Shown here: piece by piece, positions 1 to 12,601 of the stretch | Position numbering within the stretch: position 1 is the stretch's first letter | Layout: each line of letters opens with the position of its first letter | Source: Moniliella sp. 'wahieum' | Taxonomy: Eukaryota | Reading direction: 5' to 3' | Length of the DNA: 64,000 nt | Assembly (NCBI GenBank): GCA_003971905.1 | Contig: RSEE01000015.1 | Coordinates: 868,001-932,000 of the forward strand | Translations under genes and position numbers: made by a program | The notes under the pieces: model-generated | The model's input: the letters and a program-made list of their open reading frames with translations, nothing else | Told to the model about the DNA's origin: nothing | Databases searched by the model: none

Positions 1-193
1 ACCCAGCGCAGCCCGCTTGTTTTGGACACCAGTGTCTCATCTTCCTCAGCGCAGTCCCCTTATCTTATAAGTCAGAGTTCGTCAGCTCTCACTTCACCGA
101 TACCGCCTCAGTCGTCCCTTCCATCATCCCTGGCTTCGCCGGTCTGCTGTCCACCTGTCCCTCCCCAGTCTCCCCCACCACACTTCGCCTGCC

Positions 194-1980
194 ATGTCAG
201 TTGGAGGGGGCGGTGATGCGCGTTCGCAAGTCTCCAAGAAGAAGAAGAAGGGTGCCACCGTGGTTCGTATGGGGAATGTAAGGCAAGGCGGGACAGATTT
301 GGCCCTCCCCAAGCCGAAGGGAAAGGGCCAGTCCAGAAAGGGGAAAGCAGAAAAACTCGTCAAGGGAACTGATTTGCCTTCATCCCTCCTCCCTCGTGGC
401 ACAGGAGGGGGAGTCAGATGAAGCGTTTGCGCTTCGTCTGTCTCGCGAGCGACCCACCGGCCCAGTCCCTGGGAGCGAGCATACGGCAAACTTGTTACGG
501 ACAATGAGTGGGCTTTCGCTTCCTCCATCCTTGACCAACTCGGTTCTCTCCTCCTCCCCCCTCTCCCGAACAGGCATGGCGGAAAGCCCTTCTGTGACCT
601 ATCGAAAATTTGGACTGGACTTGGCTGAGACTGTGCGTGTGGTGGTCCACTCTTCCTCCGAGAAGGCCCCGCCAAATTGCGCCAAAATTCCGCCTCAAGG
701 GAAAGAGTGGAGTCCCGAGGTACATGTCCTGGCTGCTATGGTAGCACAACCGGTACAGTTGGCGGGCGTAGTCTTTCGCGCTGTGCGAGCGCAGGAGGAC
801 GAGGCGCTTGACCTGCTGAACCTGTTAAAGTCCGTACACGGTTGGCGCAAAGCAACCGGCCGTGCCCCCCAAGAGCTTCCAGATGCAGGCTGGCTCGGAC
901 TTGGACTTGCCGAACCCAACACTTGCGCATCTCTTAGAGCGCACGCACACGGAACAGTACCACCTAATGAAGCTACCGAACGATGGCCCGCCCGCGACTG
1001 GGCTTTCCACCGCGTCCACGACCGAGAAGGGCAACTCGGACCCTACTGGCGCCGATTTCGTCCGTGTCGATGCACCTCTGTGCGAGTGGTAAAGCAAGTC
1101 AAGCCAGGTGAGGGCGCCTTTACTTTCACGGGCAAGAAGCACAATGGTACCTTTTCTGGTCGATCAGGCAGTAAGGTGGCCCGCGAAGAGGAGGAGACGC
1201 TGTTAGACAAGCTCTCCCGAGCCCCGATCGTATCGCTACCATCGGCCAGCGGCAGGGCCACAGACGCGCTGGCGTGCCTGCGGCCGTGGCGGCGCGCCAA
1301 CCCTCGAGTTCACCCGGGGGAGGTAGTGGGGGGGGGATACACGTACGAACAGTGCAGGCAGATGGAGGCCACGGCACGGAAGGCTCGTACTGAGGCGCTT
1401 CAGTCTGCAGCTGCTGCGCATTCGGGCAAGGCCCTGGAGTTAAGGGCAAGGCGGCCAATTTGGCCCGGGGGGGTGCCAGCGCACACCATGCCCAGCGCGC
1501 TCAGGAGCTGGATGCAGAAATCAAGTTATGGAGTGCGCGGGCCGCCCATGCGTTGGTTGCCATGCGCCAAGACGGAACGGGTCACGTCAACCATTCCTCC
1601 AGCCAAGGGGTGAGGTGATTGATCTCCACCACCCTCTCTCACTGAGGCCATGACGGTGACGAGGGACTTGTTGCGGGATTGGGACACACGAGCCAGGGCA
1701 GGACAGGTAAGGGTGACCTGCAGATTATTACGGTGTAGGTCGACACTCGCCCAAGAACGTTGCAGTCATCAAAACCCAACATATGGCGCTTCTGGACGGG
1801 AAGGGTACCACTATGATGTAAACCATGGTGTCTCACCGTCCGTCCAGGAGGAGGTGAACGCACTCCCGCATTGTATTATTCGTATACACGTTTCATTCAG
1901 CCACACTCTGCATGTACGCCTCTATACCTACCCGGCAGGTATGGGACAGACTGGTTTCGGGGGTTGCCCATTAGCTTGAA
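194..1980 (+). mobile_element. Possible decayed non-LTR (CRE-like) retrotransposon ORF relic, or an unknown ORF
   Basis: 405-aa intronless ORF 396-1613 with no recognisable host-gene domain. Weak echoes of CRE-type RT N-terminal motifs in the expected order: 'EDEALDLLNLLK', 'NGTFSGRSG', 'LRP...GE', and shifted-frame 'QFGPGG' near 1455. Motifs are very degenerate; inference only. Confidence 0.25.
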
Positions 1981-2693
1981 TGGGCGACGAGCGTACCAGT
2001 GTATATTGCTTCTCGGCATCCTTTTTGGTTGATGAATTGTCGCATGTTGTCTTCATCGATCACTACAGTGGGCGCGCAGCTATCGCAGAGTACGGTTAGC
2101 AACAGGATAGATGGTGGGTGTGAACCGAAAGGCTTGTTAGGAGTGTGGATTTTTTGCTCACATCTAGTAGTATGTGAGGCAGAGTATCGGCGATTGCTAT
2201 GACAACGAGTGGTTTGGACGTTAGCCGTGCCCCCTTTTTGGTGGATGTCTCTCTCAACTCATATCTCAAGAGAGAAATAATACCTCCCCATGGCCCTCGC
2301 CTTTTGTGCTGACTACTCTCGCTTCATCTCTTCCCTATTCGACCTCGCATTCCGAGGAGAAAACGGTCTCGTTTTCGGCACGTACGATGCATATGATCAG
2401 TTCTGCACCCTAACAGCTTCGAAGACCATCCTTACACCTCACAAATTGCTTTGCCTGGCGATGCATCGATCCGGCGGGGAAGCGACACATGAGCTACCTT
2501 CTATACTAAAAAAGAGGTCGAGGGAAAAGTTGCCACTCCCTTTTGCTGCGGTGTGGTGCTTGTGCACGTTATAGAGGACAAACAGTGATGGTGCCCGGCA
2601 CCGAAACTGTTGAGCATGTGAAAGTGTGAACGTTGAACGTAACAAAAACGAAAGAGGGGACGTATATGCAAGACCATCCTTCGGTCACTCCTA

Positions 2694-4688
2694 TCATGAT
2701 CCGGAGGTCATGCCGTACATCCTCATGACACTGCAATGAGTGGGCAAGGGTATCATCAAAACCAGATCCAGCTCACGAAACGAATCCAACCCGTAGGTTT
2801 CGGCTCTAGCGGCTCCGGGTTCTGGCGGAACTGGGTAATCCACGGGTTGGATGGGGACTTCGCTGAGTGGGATCCACAGGGGGTGTTCCAGTGACAAACT
2901 TGTACCCCAACAAGACAAGCACATTGACGATTGGGCAGCAATAGGCTTGAGACTGAGATGAATGTCGGGCTCCTGGTTGCCTGTCACAAAGAACTCAAAA
3001 CCCCTGTCAAGAGACAGAAAGAGGATCCCAGCAGTCCAATCCAGGCCAGATACGGCTGGAACCAGCTTTGCCATGGCAGAGAGGAACGGGGAATCCCTTG
3101 GGCACGCATGGCGTAATACACACGCAGAAAAATGATGCATGTGACCACCCACTGGTACAAGGCAAGCGACGAGACGACACTCTGCAAGTACCCAAACACT
3201 TGCGTTGCACTTGAGCTCACCACCGTGTACCCCAAGGGGAAGCCCGCAGTGACAACCAGTACCGCCACCCAAGGCACACCCCACCGGTGGGTCTTGAGAA
3301 ACGCCTTGGGAGCGAATCCCATGTTGGCCAGGGCCATTGCGGAGCGGGATGCAGCAAGCGTACCTGCCGCACCGGAGCTATACGCAGATGTGATACAAAC
3401 TGCGTTGAGAATTGAGGGCAACACTTTGACACCTGCGTTGGAGGCAGCAATGACATAGGGGGATGCCGAGGCTGTACCGGACGAGTTGATAAGACGAGAA
3501 TCCGTGTAAGGGACCACCAAGCCGACACAGAAAACAAGCAAAATGTAAATCCCTCCTACCGGATAAATACGCGCTTGGCGGCACGAGGTAATGCCTGGCG
3601 TGGGTTGCGCGTTTCAGATGCCGCAGCGCAGATGGTTTCAATCCCTTGGTAACTGTACGCAGCGTTGGTGAGCGTGTACCAAAAGCCGAACCAGCGACCT
3701 CTGGCGCCCTTGAGCAAGTACTCAGCCATCGGGCCCGGATTGCGCCAGTACTGGAAACCGGTCATGTGGCCATGGGGACCGGCTCCAAGGTCCAAACAAA
3801 TGCAGAATATGACAAGACCAATAGCAGTCGTGAGTTTGACGATGGAGAAGGCGTACTCCGTCTCGCTGTAAAGACGCGTGAAGGTCAAATTGGTTGCAAG
3901 GAGAACGACGCCAAAGATGGTAATAAATACGGCCGGAGAGATGCTATCGTTCCAGTATTGGACCAACGCTGCTGCCGCAGTAAACTCTGCCGGAAGGCTG
4001 ACAAAGTTACCGTACAGCATGGCCCAACCACTAGCAAATGCCAGTCCCTTGGATACAAACATACCGCTGTGACGAACATAGAACCCGCTCACTGGTGCCA
4101 ACGTGGAAAGCTGGACAGGTTCAGGCTTTGCATCGCAGAATACAGATGGGAGAGGCTAACGTACCTCGGCTTGACAGAAGAGCATCGAACAGGCAAAGAC
4201 TCCCACAATCAAGTATCCTAGCAAAAGTGAAAGAGGTCCAGCAGTTGCCAAGGCCCTTCCCACACCAAGGAAAACACCCGTCCCGACAGAACCTGTCCCG
4301 GTTGTGGTTAATTTGATGAATGCCTGACGTCTACACTATGCCAAATAGAGAGGAAAGAGGACGTACCAGCCAAGGATATCATAGCAAGTTGGCGGGAGGT
4401 GAACGCTTCTCGAACATTATCTTGGTCAAAGAGCGTCTTGGCCAGCTCGGGATCCACGCCAGACAAATCGCCATAGCTCCGAACCTTGCCTGCGAATTGG
4501 TCCAACTTGTTCACTTTGACCTCTACCTTCTCGTCGAATAAGACTTTGTCATCCAAGTCGGCCTGTTCATCCGTCGCGGCTGCTGCGAGAGCGGCATGAG
4601 AGTCGTAGAGTGTGGTGGGGACATATCCGCCGTCGGGGAGCTGGGACTTGTCTGACGGACTCGCAGAGTGGTGGATGGACTCCGACAT
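2694..4688 (-). CDS. Amino-acid permease (APC superfamily, fungal YAT family); multi-exon, frameshifted
   Basis: N-terminus MSESIHH...RQLAMISLAG, then an intron (GTACGT at 4366) and GSVGTGVFLG...AGPLSLLLGY. Also 'GFQYWRNPGP', 'NAAYSYQGIE..AASETRNP..ALPRA.KRVFIR' and 'SASPYVIAASNAG'. Multiple hydrophobic TM segments. 3' end approximate. Confidence 0.92.
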
Positions 4689-5683
4689 GATGGTGGGGAC
4701 AAGAAGACAAGGCGACAGGAAACACCGACGAGAGTCTATTATTAGTGTGCATCTTTTTTCTTTGGGACTGGGTCATATTGATCGAGTGTGGTGGATGTGG
4801 AGGCGGCGCGGTATGGCCCGGTAAGACGATGTGGGGGGGGCTTGACTGTCACCTTGAGGCTTGTGAATGGGGGGAAAGCGATATAATTCCACATGGCCGT
4901 ACTGCGGCTGCGGTAAGTATGAATATTGGATGCAGTGCCGCTGCTAATGCGTGCATGTGCGAGCGTGTGCTTCCATCTATAGTTGGCTGAATCGCGCCAC
5001 GATTGGTCGCAGCGATGGGTGACGGATGGATGATGGGTGGATTTGACTTGGCCAGTGCTGGCAGCACATCCGGCACGGCGGGACTGTCCACACCGCAGTT
5101 CACTCGAAGCTTTTGACGCGAGCACGGGGGCAGAGCAAGGCAGGGCAGGGGCAGGGCAGAGCAGGGCAGAGCGCGCCGAAGAGAGACCCTATCTTATCTG
5201 CTCCACACTGTGGCAAGAGCACACGGCCAAAGCATTCGGGTGGGCAAATGCGCACGACCCATGCATGACCTTATGGGTGACCGAGCAGGCAGCCCTCTGC
5301 GTCCCTGTTTTCTTCCGAGAACAGCGCATTATGTATGTGTGTAGTCGCTCGAGCTTGCGCCTCCCGACGGAAGAGTGGGGGCATATGGGATGTGGATGAA
5401 CGTAACGCGTAATGAAGAGAAAGACACCTTGAGTTGTATGCAACGTGGTTCGTACCTCCATCCACAACTTCATCAAGATCACAATGTATGTTGTGTGACC
5501 ACACACGTGTGGGAGAAGGTTCCCACAGCATACAGAAGCAATAAGCCTACTACTACATACAAAAATACTAATAGTATAGGCACGGCTAATATGCGGCTCT
5601 ATACTTTTTGTACGTTGATATGCGAGTGTATCTTCCACTCTGTCCTTTCTCTTCACGCTCCCCTCTGCCCCTTTTTTTCTTCC

Positions 5684-5778
5684 TTGAAGCTTGAACGTTG
5701 AACGTTGAACAGCTTGAAGGCTTAAGCTCTGTTGAGACATGTGGCATCCAATAAGGACACCTCAGGCCTCAGGCCTCA
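5684..5778. repeat. 7-bp-period palindrome arrays: AAGCTT-g-AACGTT-g-AACGTT and AGGCCT-c-AGGCCT
   Basis: Read directly: AAGCTT 5687, AACGTT 5694 and 5701; AGGCCT 5764 and 5771. Confidence 0.9.
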
Positions 5779-6169
5779 TGGGCCTGATGGGCTGGATGTA
5801 TATACTAGGAACAGAGATCAGCCTGATCTGCTCCACAATACGACGCAAAAAGACCACCTCATCTTCTCGCTCTTCCTATAAAATGAGTCACGTGGCTAGT
5901 GGATCTTCCTTATTTATACACTGGCGCGAGAAGCCACGTGCCTTAGACCACATACTATGTATGGGAACCGCAAGCAGATTCGCTTTCCTACATATATATG
6001 GAGCGTCTCTTCTTGTGGATCAGTTGTATTCAACCCCGTATGATGAGGATGTGGAGACTGTGGGGTAACCTTTACCCCCATCACACTATTCCACACACCC
6101 CGTAGTCGCGTAAAGTCCAGTGAGTGACAAACCGTAATAGAGAGGTAATGCCCACCATATGTTCTCTAT

Positions 6170-7550
6170 TCCAGTGCTCGATGTTACTACAACACTTTCA
6201 ACACTGTGCGCCGTCGCATGCTGGCCAACACACTCCATCATTTTGTCCCAACTCCTTTCTTTGGGCTGGTGGATCATGGTTTCATCACCCACACACAGCT
6301 TTGGGTCGTGTCGGACGGGAATGAGACGGGTGTTGTGTCGGCCGAGGACATCCGGCAGGGCGATCCCCTCGCCCTGTTTTTCTTCTCAATTGCAGAAAGG
6401 AGAAGTTGCCGCTGAGGCACCCTGTGATGGCGTACCTGGATGAGATTACCATTGTTCGGACAAGAACCAGGCATTACCGGCCGAGCTGCGGAAATTTTGG
6501 AAGACGACACGTCAGACCTCGCACTCAATCTGCGCAAGTGCGTCGAGCGAGACCGGGACCTGATTCTCGGGAAGATGGACTCTAGGTACTGATGGGTACG
6601 TGTGAGTGGGAGGGGTGGACTGTCGCCGATCGTGGCTCACTGGCCAGCCTGAGGCATGACATGCCCAAAGTTGATGGCATCATCCGTGAGGGACGCCTCT
6701 TACTATGGCGGCACAGTACTCAGACTAAGCTGCCCCACCTGCTCCGAACCATGCAGATCGAGGGCGAGTTGGACAATGTGCTGGCCGATATTGACGGCTT
6801 CATCTGAAAGGAGTTCAGACGGAACCGGGCCGATAAGGACTCCCAAAGTACAAAGGATGATCGCTTCGACATGCTCCAGAAGTTTGACGATGGCGATGGT
6901 CGCAATTTGGTCGGCAACAGCAACAAGCACAGTTCTGCCTCTCATCAATTCCATCGCAGCCCTGCCTCCGGCTCAGCGATAAAACAGGTCGAAGTTGGTT
7001 TGCAGCTCCGCACGCGGTGCCGCTCCACGCGCAGCATGTCCTTGCGTGAGCACATCATAGCTTGCACCCGCACCCAGTCGAAGTTTGATGCATTACATGA
7101 AGCAGTGCGGGAGCCCGTTCTTCATCTCATAATGCGCTCCATCCCCGATACCCACATCCACAACGAGCCCACCGTGGAAGAAGTGGATGGGACGAGGTGT
7201 AAGAGGAAGGCAACGCGCACTGACTACTGCGTGATGGGACCTGGATCAATCGGAGGATCAGGAATGGAGGTGGACCACACGCTGCGCGATTTGGGAACGC
7301 AGGAGGCGCGGGCTGCGTACCCGAAGGTGATACATCGGAAAACACACATGATAATCCAATCTCAACGGTTGTATCGCTATTAGCGTCGCCGTTGGCCTGG
7401 TAAAAAACTGTATGCTGTGGACGGACAACGACCCCGCTTTTGATTTCCATCAGCCAGAAAAAAGAGGATGTGGGTCGGTAGCAACAGTTGCAGTAGTATA
7501 CTCTGTTTAACGCAACAGAGAGAGCCTATAGACACCTTATATTATTAAGT
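6170..7550 (+). mobile_element. Degenerate CRE-clade (Cnl1-like) non-LTR retrotransposon: RT plus restriction-like endonuclease
   Basis: RT motifs in order: LD..NTFNTVRR (6177-6214), IRQGDPLALFFFSIA (6350-6395), MAYLDE (6427-6444, YLDD decayed), LNLRKC (about 6524), LMGT. Then a C...H...C knuckle (CRSTR..EHIIAC..LHEAV), EP, RTD and VDHT, typical of RLE LINEs. Stops and frameshifts throughout. Confidence 0.75.
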
Positions 7551-7767
7551 GGGGTTTTGAGGCTGCGGGAGGCCCCCGAGTAGCCGAAATGATCATGCCG
7601 GTTAGGCCTTAATAGGTGGGGATGTGAGATCTTGAAAACTCTCTCTGGCCAACAACAACTTAAAACGGTTAATAGCCGGTTTAATGGCCTTAATGTGTCT
7701 CGCTGTGGCTACGGCACTGGAAATCACCTAATGAGCTGTGGAAAAAAATCCAGCCGCTGTTTGATGT

Positions 7768-7900
7768 TGATCGATGATCGATGATCACGTTGGCACATGC
7801 GACAGAGCGACACGGAGAGGGTTAAACGTGTTAAACGTTGAGCGTAGTGTTGAACGTTGGACGTGGTGACATGTGCCAAGCGCTGAGCGCTCGCTGAGCA
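7768..7900. repeat. Palindrome arrays ATCGAT-g-ATCGAT, AACGTT, ACATGT, AGCGCT-g-AGCGCT
   Basis: ATCGAT 7770 and 7777; AGCGCT 7879 and 7886. Confidence 0.85.
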
Positions 7901-9060
7901 GCGTTCTCTGAGGGACTTGGAGACGCCAGAGGTGCAGTCGCGGTGTGGTGAGCGGAAGGTTCTGAGGCTTGTGATTATAAGGTTTAGCGATTGGTTGTTG
8001 CATGTTGGTAGAGCTCAAAAGACCAGTCCGGCCAGTTGCGTCTGTTTATAGTTTCTGGGTCCGATTGAATACCGAGGGAGAGGTTACATGTTACAGAGGA
8101 AAAGGAAGAGCTGTGCCATATCCACCACACCGAGACGGGAACGACAACACCGCCGAGCGGGTTCCTGTCTACTGCGACTTGCGCCGATCCAGTGCCTTGA
8201 AGGTTTCTGGGTCCAGCAGAAGCCAGCAGCGCCAGCACCGAGCGGACTGCTCCTGTGGCTTGCCGGTTGTTGATCACATGTTACACTCGGCACAGCACGC
8301 GGGCAGCTTCCGCCTGCTTCCGATCCTATTTGCCGCTCTGGCCGATCTGACGCGTGGCGCGTGATGCGGGATGCAATGGTGGATGGTCGATGATCAATTA
8401 ATCGATGATGCATGTGACGCAGGGTACACGACGCATGGGGTCACAGAGGATCGGCAAAGAGGCACTAGGGGGCACTGCGGTTACATTGGGAGCCGAGGGC
8501 TGGACAGACTGCCTTAGTGCACGGACAGGCGGGGGCGGATCGGTGTAAAGCTTAAAGTAAAGAAGAGAGGTAGATCCGGTTTCAGTCGCCAGGCACTACG
8601 TCACTTGGTCACTAGCCGATGCATGATGCGTGATGCATGGTGGAGGAATAAGCTTGTGTATTGCAACGCCAGCAGAATAACAAAGCGGCTGTCGTGTGGG
8701 CGGGGCGCTCGGCATAGCTGGCGTTGCAGGCACACAAGCGTGCAACGGGAAGGGCACTTTTGGGCCATGGAAGGCTATGGAGCACGGCCCCGTTGCGCTT
8801 GGCCTGAGGGCCTGAGGTGACGGTGAGGCATCATTTAGTTCACTTGTCCTCCGATCCATCTTCATAGCTTCATCAACCATTCCAAGCCCTTACCGCATTA
8901 CCTCACCATCAAACATCTACTGCCTGCAGGCGTGTCGAAGAGAGACGGGGGCGCTGCGCAAGACCGAAGAAGGATGGGGAGTGTCTCATCAAGCACCAAA
9001 CAAGCAAGCGCCCAGCGCTGGCCATCGACCATCCATGGAGTAAAATATGAGCGGCTGAAC

Positions 9061-9330
9061 TCGATGGCATGATCGACATGATGATGCATGACATATGATG
9101 CGTGATCGACGAGATCATCGATCAATATGAAATGCTCCCATGGAGTGCACTGAACCTCTCATCGATTCAGTGTCACATGTCACGCGTCACATGTCACACG
9201 CCATTAGGATCTGCTGCTACATGCTATGGGGAGGTGTATGCGCAACGAGGCAGTGAGGTTGAACGTTGACGTTGAGGTTGAATGAACGTGAACGGAACTC
9301 AGCAAGTACTCATATACTCACTCAGTGCAC
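9061..9330. repeat. Palindrome arrays including ACATGT-c-ACGCGT-c-ACATGT
   Basis: ACATGT 9175, ACGCGT 9182, ACATGT 9189. Degenerate ATCGAT/ATGCAT run 9061-9125; AACGTT and AGTACT runs 9255-9325. Confidence 0.85.
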
Positions 9331-9982
9331 CGCCCCACCAGCAATGTCCATGTCACGCTTGCACCAGGCGTGGCGTGGGGTCGATTGCATTAAGCATCGC
9401 AGATTGCACCCTCCACTATCCAATCCCCACTGCGGCAGGCGCAGGAGTAGGCCAGCGCCGGGCCTAGGGGAGAGGATGTGCGTAGCGGTGTCTCGCAACG
9501 CTAAAATGTTTTACTGCGGTTCTGCCGCCCTGCCGATCCAATGGGGCTGGCTGGCGGTCTGCCGGTGCCCCAGCATACTGGGTGTTTTTCTTCGCGACCT
9601 ACTCTCCATCCCCCCAGGCCCCAGGCCACATCCGCCAGCATCTACTGCAACGGTTCAGTAGTTCAGTACTGAGTGTACTGACGTATGGATGTACCTGCTG
9701 ATGCAGAAGATCGATCGATGATCAATGAAATTTGATCATCTCGATCATCTCCCCAGAGCGACATGTGATGCTTTTGCCCCGGCAGTAGATGCTCCGAAGG
9801 ACTTGAATTATAGTGCCTCGTCCATCCAGCCACATCCCACTGGCCGTCCACCACCCCGCCATCATGCCCCCATTCTGCTCCTCCTCACCCAACACCCTCG
9901 ACGCTCTTCCTGGCAGCAGCAACCCCATCTTCCCACCTATTAACCACCTCCGTCCTGCTTCGCCCATCTCTTCTCACAGGCC

Positions 9983-11863
9983 GTGGCGTCCGCGGATGAA
10001 CTGACGATGGAGCAATCATCTCCACATTCGCCCACTCGTGTCATCACCCACCCGCACCGGCCTCACAGCCGCCACCGCCGGGCCCAGACGCTCAACCCGC
10101 ACTCCCTCAACCGCCTGCTTCCATCCACCTCCCTGCCCTCATCCAGTGCCTTGCTCGATGTGACCCGCGATGTCAGCAACATTACTGCAGCTGCCAACTC
10201 GGCCTGCAACCTCCACCGAGCACAACTTCCAAGTCTTCTTCAGCCACCCCTCCTTTTCTCACTCGTCCTCCACCCCACCAACGCTCCCATTCCCGCTCTC
10301 AGTCGCGCACCTTTGCCGCCTTCCTTTGGCTGCTCCATCACTTGCACCTTCGGGTGTCTCCACCCACCTTTCATCTTCCCCGTCGCCCCCAAGGCCAGTT
10401 GGTTTGCAAAACTCGGACCCGATACCAGTTCCCATCGTTACTGCCCCAACGCCTACTCGCCCTACTGGAGTGCGTGGCTGGTCTTTCCCACGATCTCAGG
10501 TAAGGGTACACTCTCGTTGCTGGAAAACGGTGCTGACTGGACGTTGCAGCCGACATCCATCACTTCACAGCATGAGAGTCCACAAGGACGTACAACTGAA
10601 GAACAGACCCGCCTGTCTCAATTCTCGTTTGGTAAACCTTCATCTACCCCGTCTGTTTTCCCCCCCGCGTGCCAGCAGGACTCGTGCCTGCGACAAATAC
10701 CAATGCTTCACTTTCACCTACACCCGTCTCTGGAGCAGGGATGTCACGCTCGCGTCCTTCCCGACGCCACACTCAAAGTGTCAATCTCTCCATCTCGCTT
10801 CGTGCTCCTGTGGACGCAGAATGTGCCCATCGCTCAGTCCAGGCATTGAATGGGCTTACGGGCCCAAATGAGCCCGGGGCGGATTCGCAAGACCAAGCTA
10901 CCTTAGCCTCCCCTCTTGCTTCCCCTGTTTTGCCTCACTCGCAAGATCTCTCTCCGTTGCCGTCTCCGAGGCTTGAACTGCACATCTTGAGCGCTGCTTT
11001 GGGGGCATCCCCCACACCTACGCCCGTGACGGCTCGGCTGAGAGATGACCCCGAGTTGGCTTTGGCGTTAAAGCAAGCCGAGACGCAAACCGTGTTGATC
11101 AGTTCGGATCGCTCACGGGGGAAACGGAAAGTCGGTCCGGTTTCGTTTTCCAGTCGAAGTCATCGAGGAGAGTACCCCGCTGGATGTGGAGGAAGAGGAG
11201 ACACCTCCTGCCGTTTCTTCTGGATCCCCTTCGTCGGACCTAGGGAGGACCCAGACGGAGCTGGAGGACGCCGTGGTCCTCAGTGCGGCTGCGTTGCACA
11301 AGGTGGAATGCCTCAAGAGACAGGCAACGATGCGGGTATATCCCCAAACGGAAGAAGAGCAGGCCGAGTGTCAACCCTTGATTGACCTCGATTTCCTCTG
11401 CAACGTGGAGACGGAGCTGAATGCTCTCCAGCCCTCCCGTCCCACCTGGAGCGGGAATGAGCTGGAATTGCCTGCGCTATCTCCCTCACTGTCTGGGTGC
11501 GCGAGCAGTGAGCCATCTCCCTTGCCACCCCCCTTGCCCTTGGCGGATCTGCCCGAGCCACACGCAGAGCTCACACTAACCGAGCAAGACAGTTCTCCAC
11601 GCTTCTTTTCAAACGGTCTAGGCATCTCAGGAGTGTCAGGATTGGACAGTCTTCCACCAAGCTACCAATTTTCTGCTCTCTCTCACGCCTCTTTTCAGGG
11701 AAAACGCGGCCACCGCCGCGCCCATTCATCCGCTGTGCCTAGCCTCGCCTTGGAAACCCACTTCCCGCCCGTGTCCAAGCTTCAAATGCCGCCGTTGCCA
11801 TACCCCCTCCAAGTGGATCCGATTCATGAGGACGACCCTTTCTGCGGCGCCTCCTTTGCGTGA
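9983..11863 (+). CDS. Hypothetical Ser/Pro-rich protein (multi-exon, frameshifted)
   Basis: Chain of overlapping long ORFs (9983-10849, 10669-11385, 11186-11863). Canonical intron GTAAGG...CTGAC...GCAG at about 10500-10549. No domain recognised. Confidence 0.55.
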
Positions 11864-12601
11864 ATCGCGATTGTAGCACACCATGCACATCACTCTCACC
11901 CCTCTCCTTCTGTTATCTCTCTCCACACTCCCACCCCACCCCTTATCGTCATCGTAAGCCTCGATAATACGACACGTCAAGCTTTCGTGCGTTTCCTTTG
12001 GCTTCCTCTCTGTCGTCACCGCGTCAGTGCGTCAACCTCGGCGACCCTCAACTCTCAACTCTCCACCCTAACAGCTAAAGCACCTAAGCCAAACACGCGT
12101 GTACCTCTGTCACACAAATCAAACCCGGTCCCTTGTGCATCTACCCCTCGAGTTGTGAGAGTGATCTTGTTTATGTGAGTGTATGCTATACTGTGAGTGC
12201 ATTGCTGTTCATGTCAGACTCTGGCAATGGTCACGCCCATGGACGATGTAAGACCACATCCCGATTGTGCACCTATATAGCTAGCTGCATGAAAACGTTA
12301 GTACAGAACATGTTGACCCGGCCCAGAACGGTTCCGATGCGGAAAGCTGACAGCTCGGGTTGGACAAAGTGCTGCGGACCGCAAGTGGCTCAGGGCGGAG
12401 GGAAGACTCGAACTACTGTTGCCCAATGCCTTCAATGGTTTGACCCCGCGTTGTCTCCAATACCTCTCTACACCACTGTAGCTCTCACACAGCTTACGGT
12501 TACGTTTACACTGCCCATCTCCTTGTCACCAACATACGGGAGATACAGATGAGAATAGATGGCATCGAACAGAGGAGTAATAAGGAGAGGGAACTCCACG
12601 T

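Noticed and set aside
5131..5172. (GCAGG/GCAGA)n run, similar to 26473-26501
   Set aside because: Short low-complexity pentamer repeats; two instances do not establish a motif.
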